Assembly: GCA_964016885.1 (NCBI GenBank)
Contig: OZ024741.1
Coordinates: 147,312,001 to 147,376,000 of the forward strand
DNA length: 64,000 nt
Origin: Eledone cirrhosa
Taxonomy: Eukaryota
Direction of reading: 5' to 3'
The notes beneath the pieces are model-generated. The model was not told the DNA's origin. It did not search any database and saw only the letters and a program-made list of their open reading frames with translations. Positions 38,941 through 53,752 of the stretch are shown in pieces. Within the stretch, counting starts at the first letter, position 1; every line of letters starts with the position of its first letter. The position numbers and the translations under genes are program-made.

Positions 38941-41364
38941 GCTTCCGTACAGTTTCTATCAAGTAAATTGCGCTCACAAGGTATCTGTTAATATTTTGTT
39001 ATAGTAAAAGACATTTGTTCAAAGTATCACACAATAGGACTGAACCCGAAACAATATAGCTAAGAAGCGAACTTCTGAAACAGAATTTATTTGAAGAAAT
39101 GTTCGCATTTGAAAAATAACAATCGGAAGTGTCTTCTCTGGAACTTAAGTGAAAGTAAACGTTTTATTATATATTTCTAAAGTCTGTCTTAAGCAAGCAG
39201 GCTCGTTAGGTCGGTGCTCATACCGGTTTCATGGCGTGAAGTGACTGAGAGTATAGGACGCCAGTCCATAGTAAGGTTAAACCCCCAGTTATTGCTGGTA
39301 CTCATTTTCAGATGAGTATACTGAAGCAACGGGAAATGAGGTGTTTTGCTCAAGAACACAACACGCAACCCAGCCCAGAAATCGAACCCACGCCATTATG
39401 ATCGCAAGTCCAACACCCTTACCACTATGATATATTTACTGTAGATATATATTTACTATTTACCATAGTAGGGTAGTAGTTTGCAGAGACCTTAGAGCGT
39501 CGAACAAATGCTTAGCCGTATTTGCTCTGGCTCTTTACGTTCCGAATTCAAATCCCGCCGAGGTCAACTTAGCCTTTCATCTTTCCAAGGAGGATAAAAT
39601 AAAATACTGGCATAAATTTAATCGACTTTCCCCTCCCTTCAAATTGCTGGCCTTGTGCCTAAATTAGACGGGATTATATATTTACTATTTGTTTCCAACA
39701 ATGGTATAAGACACATTTGTAGAGGATGGAGTCGAGTTAATTCAATTATTTTATTGACGAAGGAGTGTTGAAATTCAAAGTCTTCCCCTTGGGATTTAAA
39801 TTACCGTTCCTTCCTCTCAAACACTTTTTTTTTTATTTTAATTTCATTTTGAATATTCAAGATAAATCAACTTTAAATTTAATTCATGTGCAAATGTAAA
39901 TTTAATTATATATAAATTCAATTCTGGAGCTAGATTTGTATCCCGTGGCAAATGTAGTAAAGTGAATGCTGTTAGCAATCCATAAGAAGTCACTGTCTCT
40001 TTTGAAAAATCTGCGGAAAATTGTTTTCCCCGAATGTCAACGAATGCATAATAAAGACAATCCACCTGAAGAGCTTTAGAGATATATTTAAATAAATAAA
40101 TAAACTCAAGCAAACACGGTTAACTAAAATACATTAAGAGTGTAGTTCAAAGTTGCTTGAGAGAAAATATTCTCTTGAAAAATTCATGATCGAAAGAAAG
40201 AAAAACTAAAATAAGCGTTAGTATTAAAGTTTTTCACGCGTTTTACGCACATGGTTGTAATAATAAATAGGTGTGACTGCTGAAATGTCGAGGTGGATCA
40301 GACACCATCGAATGATCCAAGCTGTACAAAAAAAAAACCTCCCCCAAAATAAAATCAATAGAAAAGTATTTTCTTTCAGCTCAAGAGAAAAGATGATAGC
40401 TCTTCATGAATATTATTCAGGCAGACAACATCAATATACGATTGCAGCTTATTGAAGAATATATATATATGTATGTGTGTGTGTGTGGGGGGGGGGGGGG
40501 GGGGTGATTCAAAATAATTCTTTAATGGTAATTTAGCTCCAGCATCCAATGGTCATCCAGCTTTCCTTCCAACGCCATGCACGGATAAACTCGTTAATGT
40601 ATTTAAGCTTACTTTACCAAGTTTTCTGGAGATTAGAAAAGCTTCTAAAAGGCTGCCGAAAGCAATCATCGTAACCATTCAACAAAGCGGTTTGTCAGGC
40701 AGAACCAAGTGATTATAAACACACATATCTGTGTCGTTTACATAATACTGAATATAAAACGCAAAAGAAGTCTACTATATGTACCAAAAAAAGTGATTTT
40801 ATCGGAAAAATAACTTTTCCTAAATTATACAATACTGGAATTGTTGCGTAACAAACTATTTTCTCACCATATATATATATATATATATATCAAAGGGCAA
40901 AGGAGCTCTTAAGAGTCAATGGCCATCCAAAATCACCAGGAGAGATGACCCCTTAGCCTTTGTCAAGGCAGAATTCTAGGAGAAGGAAAACTCTGATATA
41001 ACACCAGCAACTCTGATGGTATCCAATGATGTTGACTTGTTCTTCTTTTTTGGTAAATATCATCTTGGTTAAGAGAGTGGGACTGGCTTTGTGCAGTGCC
41101 TTTGCTCACTATAAAAGCTTCACGGCACAGGCATTGCTTTATATCTGGAGATCTCTCTGCACTTGTCGTCACATGGTACCATGGGCCCAGCACTATGTGT
41201 CAATAATTGTCACAAGTGTATTGTTTGTACCAGAGTTTTCAAGTCCCTGGCTGGACTAAAAAGTCACACTCGTTCAACGCATCGGTAGGGGTTCTCCTAC
41301 ATGGATATAAAGTAGTGGCCGTACTCGAAAACGAGTTGGCAGCCACCATACATATGTTGGGTTA

Positions 41365-41995
41365 TTCTTGAGTGCTACTGGCAACATGTAACCCAGTACA
41401 ACCTGTCGCATGACTGGGTCGTTGGCGACTAAATCGGCAACCCCACCAAGTTTACTTGGTGAGAAAGGTGCTTTTTAACACTCTGCAGGGCAAAAATAAC
41501 AAAACCTGACAAATGGCGGAAGAACTCATAAGAGTTCACGGCCATCGAAAAATGTGTAAATATGTATATACATATGTACATATGTATGTATATATATATG
41601 TACAGCATGCGTGCATATGTGTGTATATGCACAGGGACATAGAAATAAACGGCCTGGATACCCGATCGCGCAGTTAAACAACTGGGTGTCAAGGACCTTT
41701 ATCATGGCAAGGACCTTTATCATGGCATTCTTCTAGGAGAAGGCAACTCAGGAAACTGGGATAACTCCGACATAAAACCTGCGGCTCAGTAGTTACCGAT
41801 GATGTTGATATTTTCTTCTTTTCAGGTTATAGCTACTGTCGCTCAGAGAGTTGGATTGGCTCAGTGCACAGTCTTTCTTCACTTTTTAAAAAATCTTCAC
41901 GCACAGGCATTGCTCGATAGAATTAATGAATAATTATTAATAATGTTATATTGTGTAATGGCCATACTCGATAACGATGAGGCAGCCATCATGTA
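41365..41995 (+). mobile_element. RTE-like non-autonomous element, family RB, near full length; partial minus-strand copies at 12802-12845, 15903-16200 and 38306-38512
   Basis: Shares the 5' block gtgctactgg..cccagtacaacctgtc..gggtcgttggcgactaaa with RA; 3' end tggccatactcgataacga..ggcagccatcat abuts microsatellite. Confidence 0.75.
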
Positions 41996-42694
41996 TATAT
42001 TTCTAAGAAAATGAGGTGTTTAAAAAAAACACACGCACAAAGAAAAAAACGAGATGTCCTACATGGGCGAAAGTATAAGGAAAAGAAATTGAAAATACAA
42101 CTGGAGTCTTTTAAGAATATTTATTTATTTACTTTACCGGTTTCACAGTTCTTATGCTTAGTAGGGTGTTTAATGATGATACGGTCATGAGTTCGATTTC
42201 CAATGGCACGTTGTGTGCTTCAGCAAGACACTTTATCTCATGTTTTTTCTGGTTTACTCAATTGGGAAAAATAATAAAGGCCCAACACTGTGTCACGTTC
42301 AATCTCCGTGAGAACTACATGCCTGTGGAATACTTGGCCACTTACACGTTAATTTCAGGGACATGCCGTTCTTTCGATCGATCAACTGAAACAGTCATTG
42401 TAGAAACTAAAACCAAAGAACGTCCATTCCTATTTTCCTGTACTAAAGTTGCAAAAGAGAGCGGATTTTCAAGTTTGCATATATAGTGAAAGCCAGTGAG
42501 CTGACTTACACACACACACACACACGCACACAAACACACACTCACTCTCCCACATAGTTGCATAGAGACAGATACATACACGCATACATACATACACTAG
42601 CACACAGTCACAAGTACACACTCACATATAGATAGGTACACACACTCACACAGACATGGGTGTACACTCACAAACAGGCATAATTACACACACA

Positions 42695-42740
<46 letters not shown>

Positions 42741-42788
42741 TACATTCATTCGCATACAGACATGTATACACCCACAAAAAAGCATAAT

Positions 42789-42846
<58 letters not shown>

Positions 42847-43317
42847 GAAAAAGTACACACAGACATAGCTACTCACGCGGACATATATACACACCTGCTC
42901 TATTTACAAACTGCTGAACACTGAGAAAAGCCTCACAATATATTTAATAACAGTTAGGTTTTAAATAGTTTGCATTTATTTATTTATTCATGTTTTATTT
43001 ATTTATTAGAAACTAACAAAGAAGAAAAAGGATAAAGAGATGAAAAGAGAGAATTTGATAAAAGAAACAGAGCAAAATATGTTGAAATTGTTTTCTTTTA
43101 ACTACATCTTTTTTATCTTGTCCAAATTGCTTCTGACTTAATTGAGTAATAAATGTTTAACAAAGCTTTCATCTATTTTTGCACACCACCAAGAGAGGTG
43201 GGGTGTTTGTGTCAGAGTAGAAAATGGAAAGTTATACATATATGTGTGTATGTGTGTGTGTGTAACGTGCGCGTGTGTGTGTCTGTGGGTGTATGCATGC
43301 ATATATAGGTATGTATG

Positions 43318-43369
<52 letters not shown>

Positions 43370-43387
43370 TATACATATACATACATA

Positions 43388-43419
<32 letters not shown>

Positions 43420-43517
43420 CATATATTTATATAAATATATATATATATATAATTGTATACATATAGATATGTATAGATACATATCTATGTGTGTATGTAT
43501 ATGTATATAATACATGT

Positions 43518-43684
<167 letters not shown>

Positions 43685-43786
43685 TGCATATCTACAGCTG
43701 TATGTATATACATATAAATTTGAAATTTATCATGTGTGCATGTATGTATGTATATATGTATATGCATATGCGCACGCGTACACGAG

Positions 43787-43828
<42 letters not shown>

Positions 43829-44063
43829 TTATAATGAGATTCACATCCATCTGTTTCGACGATGAGGGTTCCAGGTTTTCAATCAACGAAACACCTTTCT
43901 CATTAAAGTAACGTGTAAGTGCCTGAGCATTCCCCATACACGTATACCCTTAACACACTTCTAAAGAAGATTCAGTGATTCGGAATGACACATTGTTTGA
44001 CATGGTTGGCCTTTTCAATTACAGGTACAATCCATCTGATAGGGCTTCCAATCAGTTTCTGTT

Positions 44064-44159
<96 letters not shown>

Positions 44160-44269
44160 GTATTTCCAGGAGACAATCTGTCTGTCATGTTATTTATACT
44201 GTCAGTAAACCCTTTGTTGTTTTTGCTATGGAAATATGAAGAATATGTAATTGGTTCACAGGAGGCCAG

Positions 44270-45390
44270 AAACACCATTTTTGTGGATGAGCTGAAATTT
44301 TATGGCAAGAAAATAAATGGTATAAAGAAAAACTTTGACCTGGTAACCAGGGAATATAACATCGGAATAAAAAATATATGGTCTTCTGAACTCTTTACGC
44401 AAAATAAGTAGCCCACAATGTGTTTACTGTACTTGTGCGGACGCCAACATTTGGACTACATGACTAGACGCTGGATGAGATCCAGAACAAGTCTGTCTAC
44501 ATGAGACATCATGAGAGTTGGGAAGGAGCTCCTTGAGAAATACTCGCTGCACGATAACCAAAACCTTACACCCATGGAAACTGAATAGCAATACCGTAAT
44601 GAATCCATGGATGAAACGCTGTATGCTTATCAGCTAAAAATCATTCATGGCTATGTTACCAAAAGGCTTCAAAGTGAGAGTAATACAAATAAAAAAGGCA
44701 GTCTATCTTGGACCTACAACTGATATACAGTATATTGGTTTAGACTTTGAATGATATGCTTTTGCAATCCAAGAACAGGAAATAACAATGAAATACCTGA
44801 TGCACAAAATAGATAGGGTTGCAGGCTAAACACGGAGAAGTGACTACCAATTCAGACTCTGTGGAATAAACACTGTTGTCACCCACATCATAAGCAGCTG
44901 TCCAAAGATGTCATCACGGTACTATCAACCTATGAGGCATGATGTAGTGGCTGAAACACTACACTATGCAATCCATACAATGGCTAGCCCTGATAATAAA
45001 CATATAAAATGTTACATTGATGTGGAAGACATATACATAATATGAAAGAGTACTGGTGGAATGTTTCGGTCAAAACCCAATAAAATGCAAGCATAACAGA
45101 CCAGACATAACGATATGAGTCAGAAAAAAGAAGGCATGCACAGTTGTGGAAATCAGCTGCCCACCAAATGTCAATATAATGCTAAAGATTAGCTAAAATG
45201 AGGACATTTATGCTGAACTAGTGAGGAATCTGCAGGTACTCCACCATGTCTATGCCTTTAGATTTGTAACAGCGGTCGTTGGGGATACGTTACTAACTGC
45301 CTCTGAGCAGCTGAGTTTCACAGAAGCAGAAAGGGTACGACTAGTTAGGAAATTGGTAGTAAAAATATGTAAAACATTTAAGAAATTCAG
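44270..45390 (+). pseudogene. Heavily deleted RLE-type (R4/Dong-like) non-LTR retrotransposon
   Basis: FVDELKFYG (RT motif C relic), YAFAIQEQEI, RLCGINT..THIISSCPKMSSRYYQPMRHDVVA (CCHC + RHD), HNRPDI..VVEISCP (PD-(D/E)xK-type nuclease). Confidence 0.8.
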
Positions 45391-45457
45391 TATGTAATAA
45401 CTACATATGCACATGTATAGATACAGAAACATATGCACGTATACACATATAACTCAA

Positions 45458-45536
<79 letters not shown>

Positions 45537-46108
45537 ATACAAACAAACACATAAAGACATACATTCATATTTATCTAGCTAATGTTGTCTAAATTCCAGT
45601 GAGTTTTCTTTAGGCGTTAGAAACTGGCTTCTCTCTAGCGGTGAAAATTTATAAAATAATGGTTGCTGATTTAGGCACAAGGCCATCAAATTTGGAAGAT
45701 TAAATCGACCCTGTCTATTACTGTAGCTTCATTTTATCTACCCCATAAGGATGAAAGGCAAGGCTAACCTCGGCGGCATTTGAACTCAGAACGTAAAGGG
45801 ACATAACTCTATGTCACAAAGCATGTTGTTCGACAATCTACTGATACTGCCAATCCACTAAACCCAGAACACATATACATACACAAATCATTTGATAAAA
45901 TTGAAAGGTGTTTGAACCGTTTTGTGCAGAAACAAACTTCGATACAGGAATGCACAGATTTTCGAATGACAGAAATATTGACATAATTTATTACATTCTG
46001 GTGTTTCCCAAAGTCCTGGCATAAATGCCGATTTTATCACAGAATCCCAGATTAAGCAAATGTGTCCAGTGTGAGAAAGCTAAAGCATATATACATGTAC
46101 CTGCACAT

Positions 46109-46144
<36 letters not shown>

Positions 46145-46369
46145 ATTTATATATATATATATATTGTTATACTTGGGGAGGGTCATATTTGTGTAATATT
46201 GCCAGAATTAATAACAGAACACACTCACTGTTTGGTTGGTTTTCGCTTTTCGCTTCTGTGTCTTTTATATCGGTAATCTAATTTATTCGGTCCTCAATGT
46301 TGCCATTGACTGACCGACGGTCAAAAATAATACAGATACAATATAGACACAAACACATATATATAGTTT

Positions 46370-46411
46370 ATCAAAGTTCTTTCGTTGCACATCTGCAACA
46401 TCGTCAGTGAT
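46370..46411 (-). ncRNA. Intact type I hammerhead ribozyme (family Y), in a PLE terminal fragment at 46162-46508
   Basis: AUCA-CUGACGA-U-GUUGCA(GAUG)UGCAAC-GAAA-GAAC-UU-UGAU. Confidence 0.88.
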
Positions 46412-46505
46412 GCTATTGTTTCCTCCCGTTGCATTGTATTTTCTACGCCATCTTTTTCGACACACGATTTCATATCAGAAACCTCGCAAAACTAATTTAT
46501 CGCCG

Positions 46506-46909
<404 letters not shown>

Positions 46910-47056
46910 CGTTGACAAATGTATCAATATGCCCAGATATTCAGATATATTGCCCTTGGTATGACAGTGTGGTTTTAGCTCAATGTAGGATAACTAGTAT
47001 ACTACAGAGCCGTTATAGTCATAGGAATGACCAAAGAGTGCTTAGAAATACATTGT

Positions 47057-47115
47057 TTTATTAGCTAACTGTGTTTCATCCATACACCATGGCAAGAATC
47101 CTCAGAGCCTATAAA
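47057..47115 (-). ncRNA. Type I hammerhead in the 3' terminal repeat of the Naiad-like PLE
   Basis: Stem I UUUAUAGGCU/AGCUAAUAAA (one mismatch), CUGAGGA, imperfect stem II, GAAAC(ACA)GUU. Confidence 0.65.
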
Positions 47116-49122
47116 CATGAGTATATCAGTAGTTGCATGCTCCATCGAGCTGCGTCACCAGAACAAGGTTAAAGGACCAGCAGGGGGGTCCCGAGGCCAG
47201 CGCTATATGGAAAAAGACAGAATACATGATGCACATAATGTCATAAAATGTCTTAAAAATTAAAAATTACACCAAAAATGTATCACTTAAATGGTGCAAT
47301 AGATGATAAAGAGGTTGGGAGAGGGTAACAAGGGATGAGTGAGGGTATTACTCAGCATGATCAGAAACAATAAGAAAATAATAAAAAAATAATAAAAAAA
47401 GTACAAAAATACAGGGATTAGAAAAGAGATAAATATAAAAATACAAAACAATAAAGGAACAAAAAGCCCGGAAACACCCCAAAAATATAAGACAAAGCAA
47501 AGCATAGATGCATCAAAGCACAAGCAGTGCAAAAAGAGCGTGTACAGGCAGATCAAGAGAGTTTGCAAGCATGAGTCTGTGAAAAGAATAGTTGGTTAGC
47601 AGTGGTGCAGCCCTACATGTATGATAGTTCATATGAGGGATGGTGTACTTAAATTATATCGCCTTGTAACAGGTCGATTCTCCTTATCATATCCTCACCC
47701 TACGAACCACATCGATATGTTCCAGTTCCGAACGTTAAGTGAGATAACACTATTTTTCCAAAACCTATACTCAGGGGATTTATCACCATAGGCGGTCTGG
47801 GATATACACCTCAAATCTAAAATAAAAAATAAAAGAAAGTACGACGAGTTAAAGAAATGTATGGCACATATACAGCCGGCATATATGTAAGGAAATTGAA
47901 AGCACGCCAGGTCCGCAGAAACTGGCATTCCCCAAAATCCTCACGTTCGGTCGCTCAATCCAACGTGACAGGTGAAATTCACTGTATGTTCAAGCTGGCG
48001 TTCAACCAATGTATCGCACCGCATACAACTGTACCACAGTAAATACAAATCGTGATGGCTATCCCGTTACATATAGAGAAAAAGTGTATATAGGAAACTC
48101 GGCTTCCAGAATCACATATGGCAGAATGAGCATATATTGTTATAATAATAGGCGGGTTTATTATAGTGAATGCAAATTTCTGTAGAATATATAGATATAT
48201 ATAGAAGAGAGAACTCACAACCAAACCTGTCAATGACAGCTATGTTATTTATATTTCCGCCACGTGGTTTTCGTTTAGATTATTGACTCCGAAGGTTGCA
48301 ATCCATTCACAGTCGGGTGTGACCCCTCCTGGGTCGGCGGGAGTTCAATATCCAGTGCTGCACTTTGCCTTGAGTGTGGTTCTATAATTCATCAAAGCTG
48401 GATCACAATTCATATTCAATTAGCTCCAACGTTCAAAGATTAGTCTCTCGCTAGTAACACATCACGGTAGTCCGAATATAAACACAGGAAGTCGCAGTGT
48501 ACTTATGAAAGGTATGGGAGGCAATTCGCGTCATAAAGGACGGATTCATTAGATATCCAACGGGATGCTAGGGGCGAGTCTTTTGTTTGATTCGAAGCCC
48601 TCGGCGATCAACCTCCCCTTCCCCCTGGGGCTAGGTCGATTCAGCCGCGCCCAGCCCACACGATTTGCTACCATAGTTCACTATACTAGGTTAGATCTAT
48701 TACACACTTTAGGGTTAAGGTTAACTAGACCCCAGGTGCCCAATTCACCCGCTTTATAGCAGCGGCGGGGTTTTCTGGGCTTTCGACAGACTATTGTGCT
48801 GTGCTATCAATTAGCGCACAATGGGTGTGTTTATAAACCATACTAACATGGTTAGTGTGGGTATGTCCCTATATATGGGTCAAGCTGTGCTAGGTATAGT
48901 GAAAAGCCTTAAGTAGGTTCTACCCCAGGGTTCTTGGCTTGTGGTCCAATAAGATGAAATAGGGAAGAGAGGAAGAAAAGTAAGAAAGGAGGGAGAGGAG
49001 AAGAGGTATTAGAGTAGTCTATATGCACCTGAAGGACAGTTATCGTTACAAAGGAACCAGTATGCAGTGCGGCGTGGTTTTACGTAGGTCAGACAGGACG
49101 GATGTATGCAGGTCCTACAGCT

Positions 49123-51560
49123 TTAGCTAATTGGTCTAAAATAATAGGAGCTAAGATTTATGTGCGGGTAAGAAGAGAATATCTCCGACTTCCTATTTAG
49201 CAGGTTCAGTTTGGAGTGTATTATGGCGTGTGATTCAGAGAGACAAAGGTCACAGGTCTTGTTAGGGGGTCTGTACTGCGATGATTTAGTGATGATTCTC
49301 CAATCAAGTGTGCATTGAATATCAGTGTTCTTCAGGAGGGATATGTAACTAGCTAGGGGTGTAGTATTCTTAAGTCTATCATGTCTAAATGTATAGCGAT
49401 GGGAGTCTTAAAGGGGGTCGATGTAGACCCTATATATGTTTTGGAGGAGTTTCGAGTTGTAACATCACATGCGTAGACAATATTGTTTATAAGGCATTGT
49501 CCCTTTAGGGGGCACTCCGCCTTTCGTCTGCAGTTACATTTTCAGGGTATGTGAGTCTGCGGCACAGGAGATGTTTGGTTTTCAGTGCGTTCCAGATTTG
49601 GTAACCGTACAACAGATGTGTGGATAGTATTGCTGGGTGACGCCGCATCAGGTCCATCTAGTGGTTGCCGATGTGCCGCAGCTGCAATGGTATCGAAACC
49701 CTTTCTAATTTTGTTGTTGTTCGTTATGGCTAGGTGACGAGCTAGATTTGGAGTAGTGGAGAAGGATAGCTTAATTGTGTTTTTATTAATGATACTATGG
49801 TATTTACTATCGGGGGGGGGGGGGGGTTTCCAAGATCGAGAAGAATGCCTTTAGTATATTGGTTGATACCTCCGAGTTGTAAGGTGGATTAAAGTAGGAA
49901 TTAGATCTTCGTCTATTTTTCCTATTTTTCGTACTAGGGGAAGAGTTGGCCCTGGGCATAGACAACCCATCTTCCGTGGTAACCTTACCCGGAGGGGTTC
50001 ACAGGCTTCCCTGTCTTTCCTATTGCACTTCAATTTTCTAGCTCTTATCCTAGTGTCAGTATTATTGCCATACCGATGAGGCGTGTTAAATGGAGTCCCT
50101 TGGGGTTGGTAAGAGCCGCCTACAGTACCCGTGTAGTTCCTATTTTTGTGTCCGCTTCTATTAGGCAAAGCCATATTGTGTGTGATTATACTATATTGTC
50201 CGGCGCTGGTGGTTTGGGCGTTGTTATGTATGTAGTATATTTTTCTCTAAAACCGGACTTTGCTAGTGCTTTATTATAGTACCTTACATTATACCTAAAT
50301 GCATGCTCATTATGTGATAGTCTGCTAATCCTGTTAAATACCCCTTTAATTATGGCATTTAGGACGGGTCTAGGGTGGTTGGAATTTGCATTCACGTATG
50401 TTAGTGCTTCATCGGCTTGTGATAGGGTGAGAAGTATTTATTTTCCAAGTCCAGGGTTACGTCTAGAAAGTTAACCGTTTTATTATTTATGCCTATCGTT
50501 ATGCTAAGGTTAAAGCTTTTGAAGAATTTATGTAGTTCTTTTCTCGTCCTTTCTATATTATGTTTTTTATATTCAATAGTGAACAGGGCGTCGTCACGGT
50601 ATAGCCCGCCTTTGAAATGCGGGAATGTTTTATGCAGTTCATGGAGGAGGTTAAGTCCAACCAAGTCAGTGATCTGCGCCGAATCGCTGGATCCCATAGT
50701 GACATCAAAGTTATTCGGCGTGTTCTTCCGGGTTCAAGGTTGGTCTTCGAAGAGGATGATAGTTCTCTGGGCAGCAAGGATGATGTCAATTTGGGATCTA
50801 GTCAGGTCACTATTTTGAATAGCTAATATAAGGGCCTTATTTAGAAGGATGGGAGAGATCGAAGTATAGTATGAGTTGATATCGAATTGGATGAACTTCA
50901 GGAACTTATGGTTACCAATGCTTGAGAAACATTTAATGACCTCCTCAGTATTCCCCCATATGTCAAGGTAAATTTTACTTCGTATAACAGGGATGACGGT
51001 GTCCAAGATTTTCTTACTTATTATCCCTAAGTCAGACTTAGAGGGGCTAATGGGCCTAATTGAGGGGTTACTAAGGAAGTCCTCTTTGTGATCCTTCAGT
51101 GTGAATCTGGGTTGCTTAGGGGTGAAAGGCTGGGTGTACCTTTCCAGGTTCAGCATCCTAACGATTTCTAGCCCTTTCTTATTTATCTCGTCTAGGTTTC
51201 CATAGGTAGTTTTCTTATAATTTCTGTATATGAAGTTTCTGTAAGTCTTGTAGTCCAAGTTATAAAATTTTTTTGTTTTATCTGAGGGGACGAGAATGTT
51301 AGCACTTTCCTCGAAGCCCTTAATAATATAGCTAAGATCTCTACTGAAAGGGTTCTTGCTATGGCTTTTAGTCCTATATCTAATACTCTTCACAAGGTTT
51401 AGAAGGTCGCTTTCAAAGTCATCCAGATTACTATTGTGCGGTAGGCTCTTCTATGTCTTGAATCCATACTTATTTACCCGGGTTGTTTGCTGAGTGTTAT
51501 CCCGGTTCCTTTCGTAGTGGAAAACATGCCACCTTAATCTTTAAACAAATGAGTTTACGC
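49123..51560 (-). pseudogene. PLE RT + C-terminal GIY-YIG endonuclease, disrupted
   Basis: RLRWH..YGFK, VPSDKTKKFY, TLKDHK, IRPISPSKSDLG, FIQFDINSYYTSI, FDVTMGS, GLYRDD, FLDVTLDL, FNPPY, CNCRRKAECPLKGQCL..IVYAC..YIGST, CDLCLSE, LLNRKSE; several stops and frameshifts. Confidence 0.92.
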
Positions 51561-51766
51561 TAGCATCCGTTGAATATCTAATGAATCGTGTAATATTTAA
51601 TTTTTAATTTTTAATTTTTAAATTTTTAAGACATTTTATGACATTATGTGCATCATGTATTCTGTCTTTTTCCATATAGCGCTGGCCTCGGGACCCCCCT
51701 GTTGGTCCTTTAATCTTGTTCTGGTGACTCAGCTCGATGGAGCATGCAACTACTGATATACTCAGG

Positions 51767-51825
51767 TTTATAGGCTCTGAGGATTCTTGCCATGGTGTAT
51801 GGATGAAACACTGTTAGCTAATAAA
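51767..51825 (+). ncRNA. Type I hammerhead in the inverted 5' repeat of the Naiad-like PLE
   Basis: CUGAGGA 51777-51783, GAAAC 51805-51809, GUU 51813-51815, 10-bp stem I with one mismatch. Confidence 0.65.
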
Positions 51826-52291
51826 ACAATGTATTTCTAAGCACTCTTTGGTTATTCCTTCGGGGTCATACTTTTTCCTTTTTATATATATATATATACA
51901 TATATATAAAAGGAATGATCGACTTTCGTCAAATCGGACCGAGGGAACAATGTTTCCGTTGGTCTTTCCAATTGTTATACTATCTATCGGTCGCAACTCC
52001 AGGTAGAAGGAGCAACGTGAAATAAAGTGTCTTGCTCAAGGACATAGCGCATCGCCTGGTCCAGGAATCGAACTCACAACCTTACGATTGCGAATCTAAT
52101 TCTCTAACCACTCAGCCACACGCCTTCACATATATATACATTTATATATATATAAATATATAAATTTAAATATATATATATATATAAATGTATATATATA
52201 TATATATATATATACATTTATATATATATATATATATATATACATTTATATATATATATATATATATATACATTTATATATATATATATAC

Positions 52292-52346
<55 letters not shown>

Positions 52347-52436
52347 AATATATATATACATTTAAATATATATATATATATAAAATACCCCCCATTGCTT
52401 TCAGACACATTCTTACTGACCATCGAATTACTCTGC

Positions 52437-52487
<51 letters not shown>

Positions 52488-52561
52488 ATCTTAATAGCCA
52501 TTTGACACACATCGCTGCTGGCCATTGTCGCAGCATCGAATACCTTACTACTACTACTACT

Positions 52562-52602
<41 letters not shown>

Positions 52603-53120
52603 CACACACACATGCACACACACACACACACATACACACACACACACATATTTGTTGTGAAAGAGTCATTTCTCAATCTTGGCGCAAAACCAATTTTTTA
52701 TCCACATGACCTCTACCGACCAATCAAAATTGTTTTGACCACGAATTTTTGCTGGAGCCACTTTTTTAACATAAAAACAGTCTTAGCGCAAAATATACTT
52801 TTTACATTCACATGACCTCTACCGACCAATCAAAATTGTTTTGACCACAAGCATTTTTGCAACACAAAAATAACGCTGGAGCCACTTTTTTAACATAAAA
52901 ACAGGTAGAATTCCCAAAACTAATCAGATCAGAGCAAACAGCACGGACACTCTATCTCAAAATTATTTTTGAAAAGCATTTAGAAATGCGCAACCGGTAA
53001 AAACTTAAAAACTTAAAACCACAACTGAATACTAACCCATACAATCACTAATACTCTTTTATTCCTAATTAAACCATTTTTCAACTGTGAACAATTTGTC
53101 AGCATTTTCTATTCCGTTTA

Positions 53121-53214
<94 letters not shown>

Positions 53215-53218
53215 CATT

Positions 53219-53324
<106 letters not shown>

Positions 53325-53325
53325 C

Positions 53326-53365
<40 letters not shown>

Positions 53366-53500
53366 TATATACATTTATATATATATATATATGTATATAT
53401 ATATGTATATATATATATATACATTTATATATATATATATATGTATATATATATACATTTATATATATATATGTATATATATAAATGTATATATATATAA

Positions 53501-53578
<78 letters not shown>

Positions 53579-53752
53579 GTATATATATATAGTATTAGTT
53601 ATACTATTTATGGTTATGTAAACACAAAACCTTAAGCAGTTGTAAGTATTTTACACACACCCTAAATAGTGGTAGGCAGTAATGTATTACTACCTTATTA
53701 CCAGTAAGTCAAGTAGCTCAATGTAAAAACATCAGATGATTTACAGAGCAGT

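Larger units (their letters stand above)
46908..51885 (-). mobile_element. Penelope-like element, Naiad-like, with ~1.9-kb 3' region, HHR-bearing terminal repeat and inverted 5' copy of it
   Basis: 47023-47272 is the inverted repeat of ~51588-51859; flanked by (TA)n; RT and GIY-YIG pseudo-ORF inside. Confidence 0.88.

Noticed and set aside
49542-49544. In-frame TGA next to the CNC zinc-finger linker of the Naiad-like PLE read as selenocysteine
   Set aside because: It lies two codons before the first Cys, not at a Cys position. All linker cysteines are TGY, CGA>TGA decay explains it, and the ORF has other disabling lesions.
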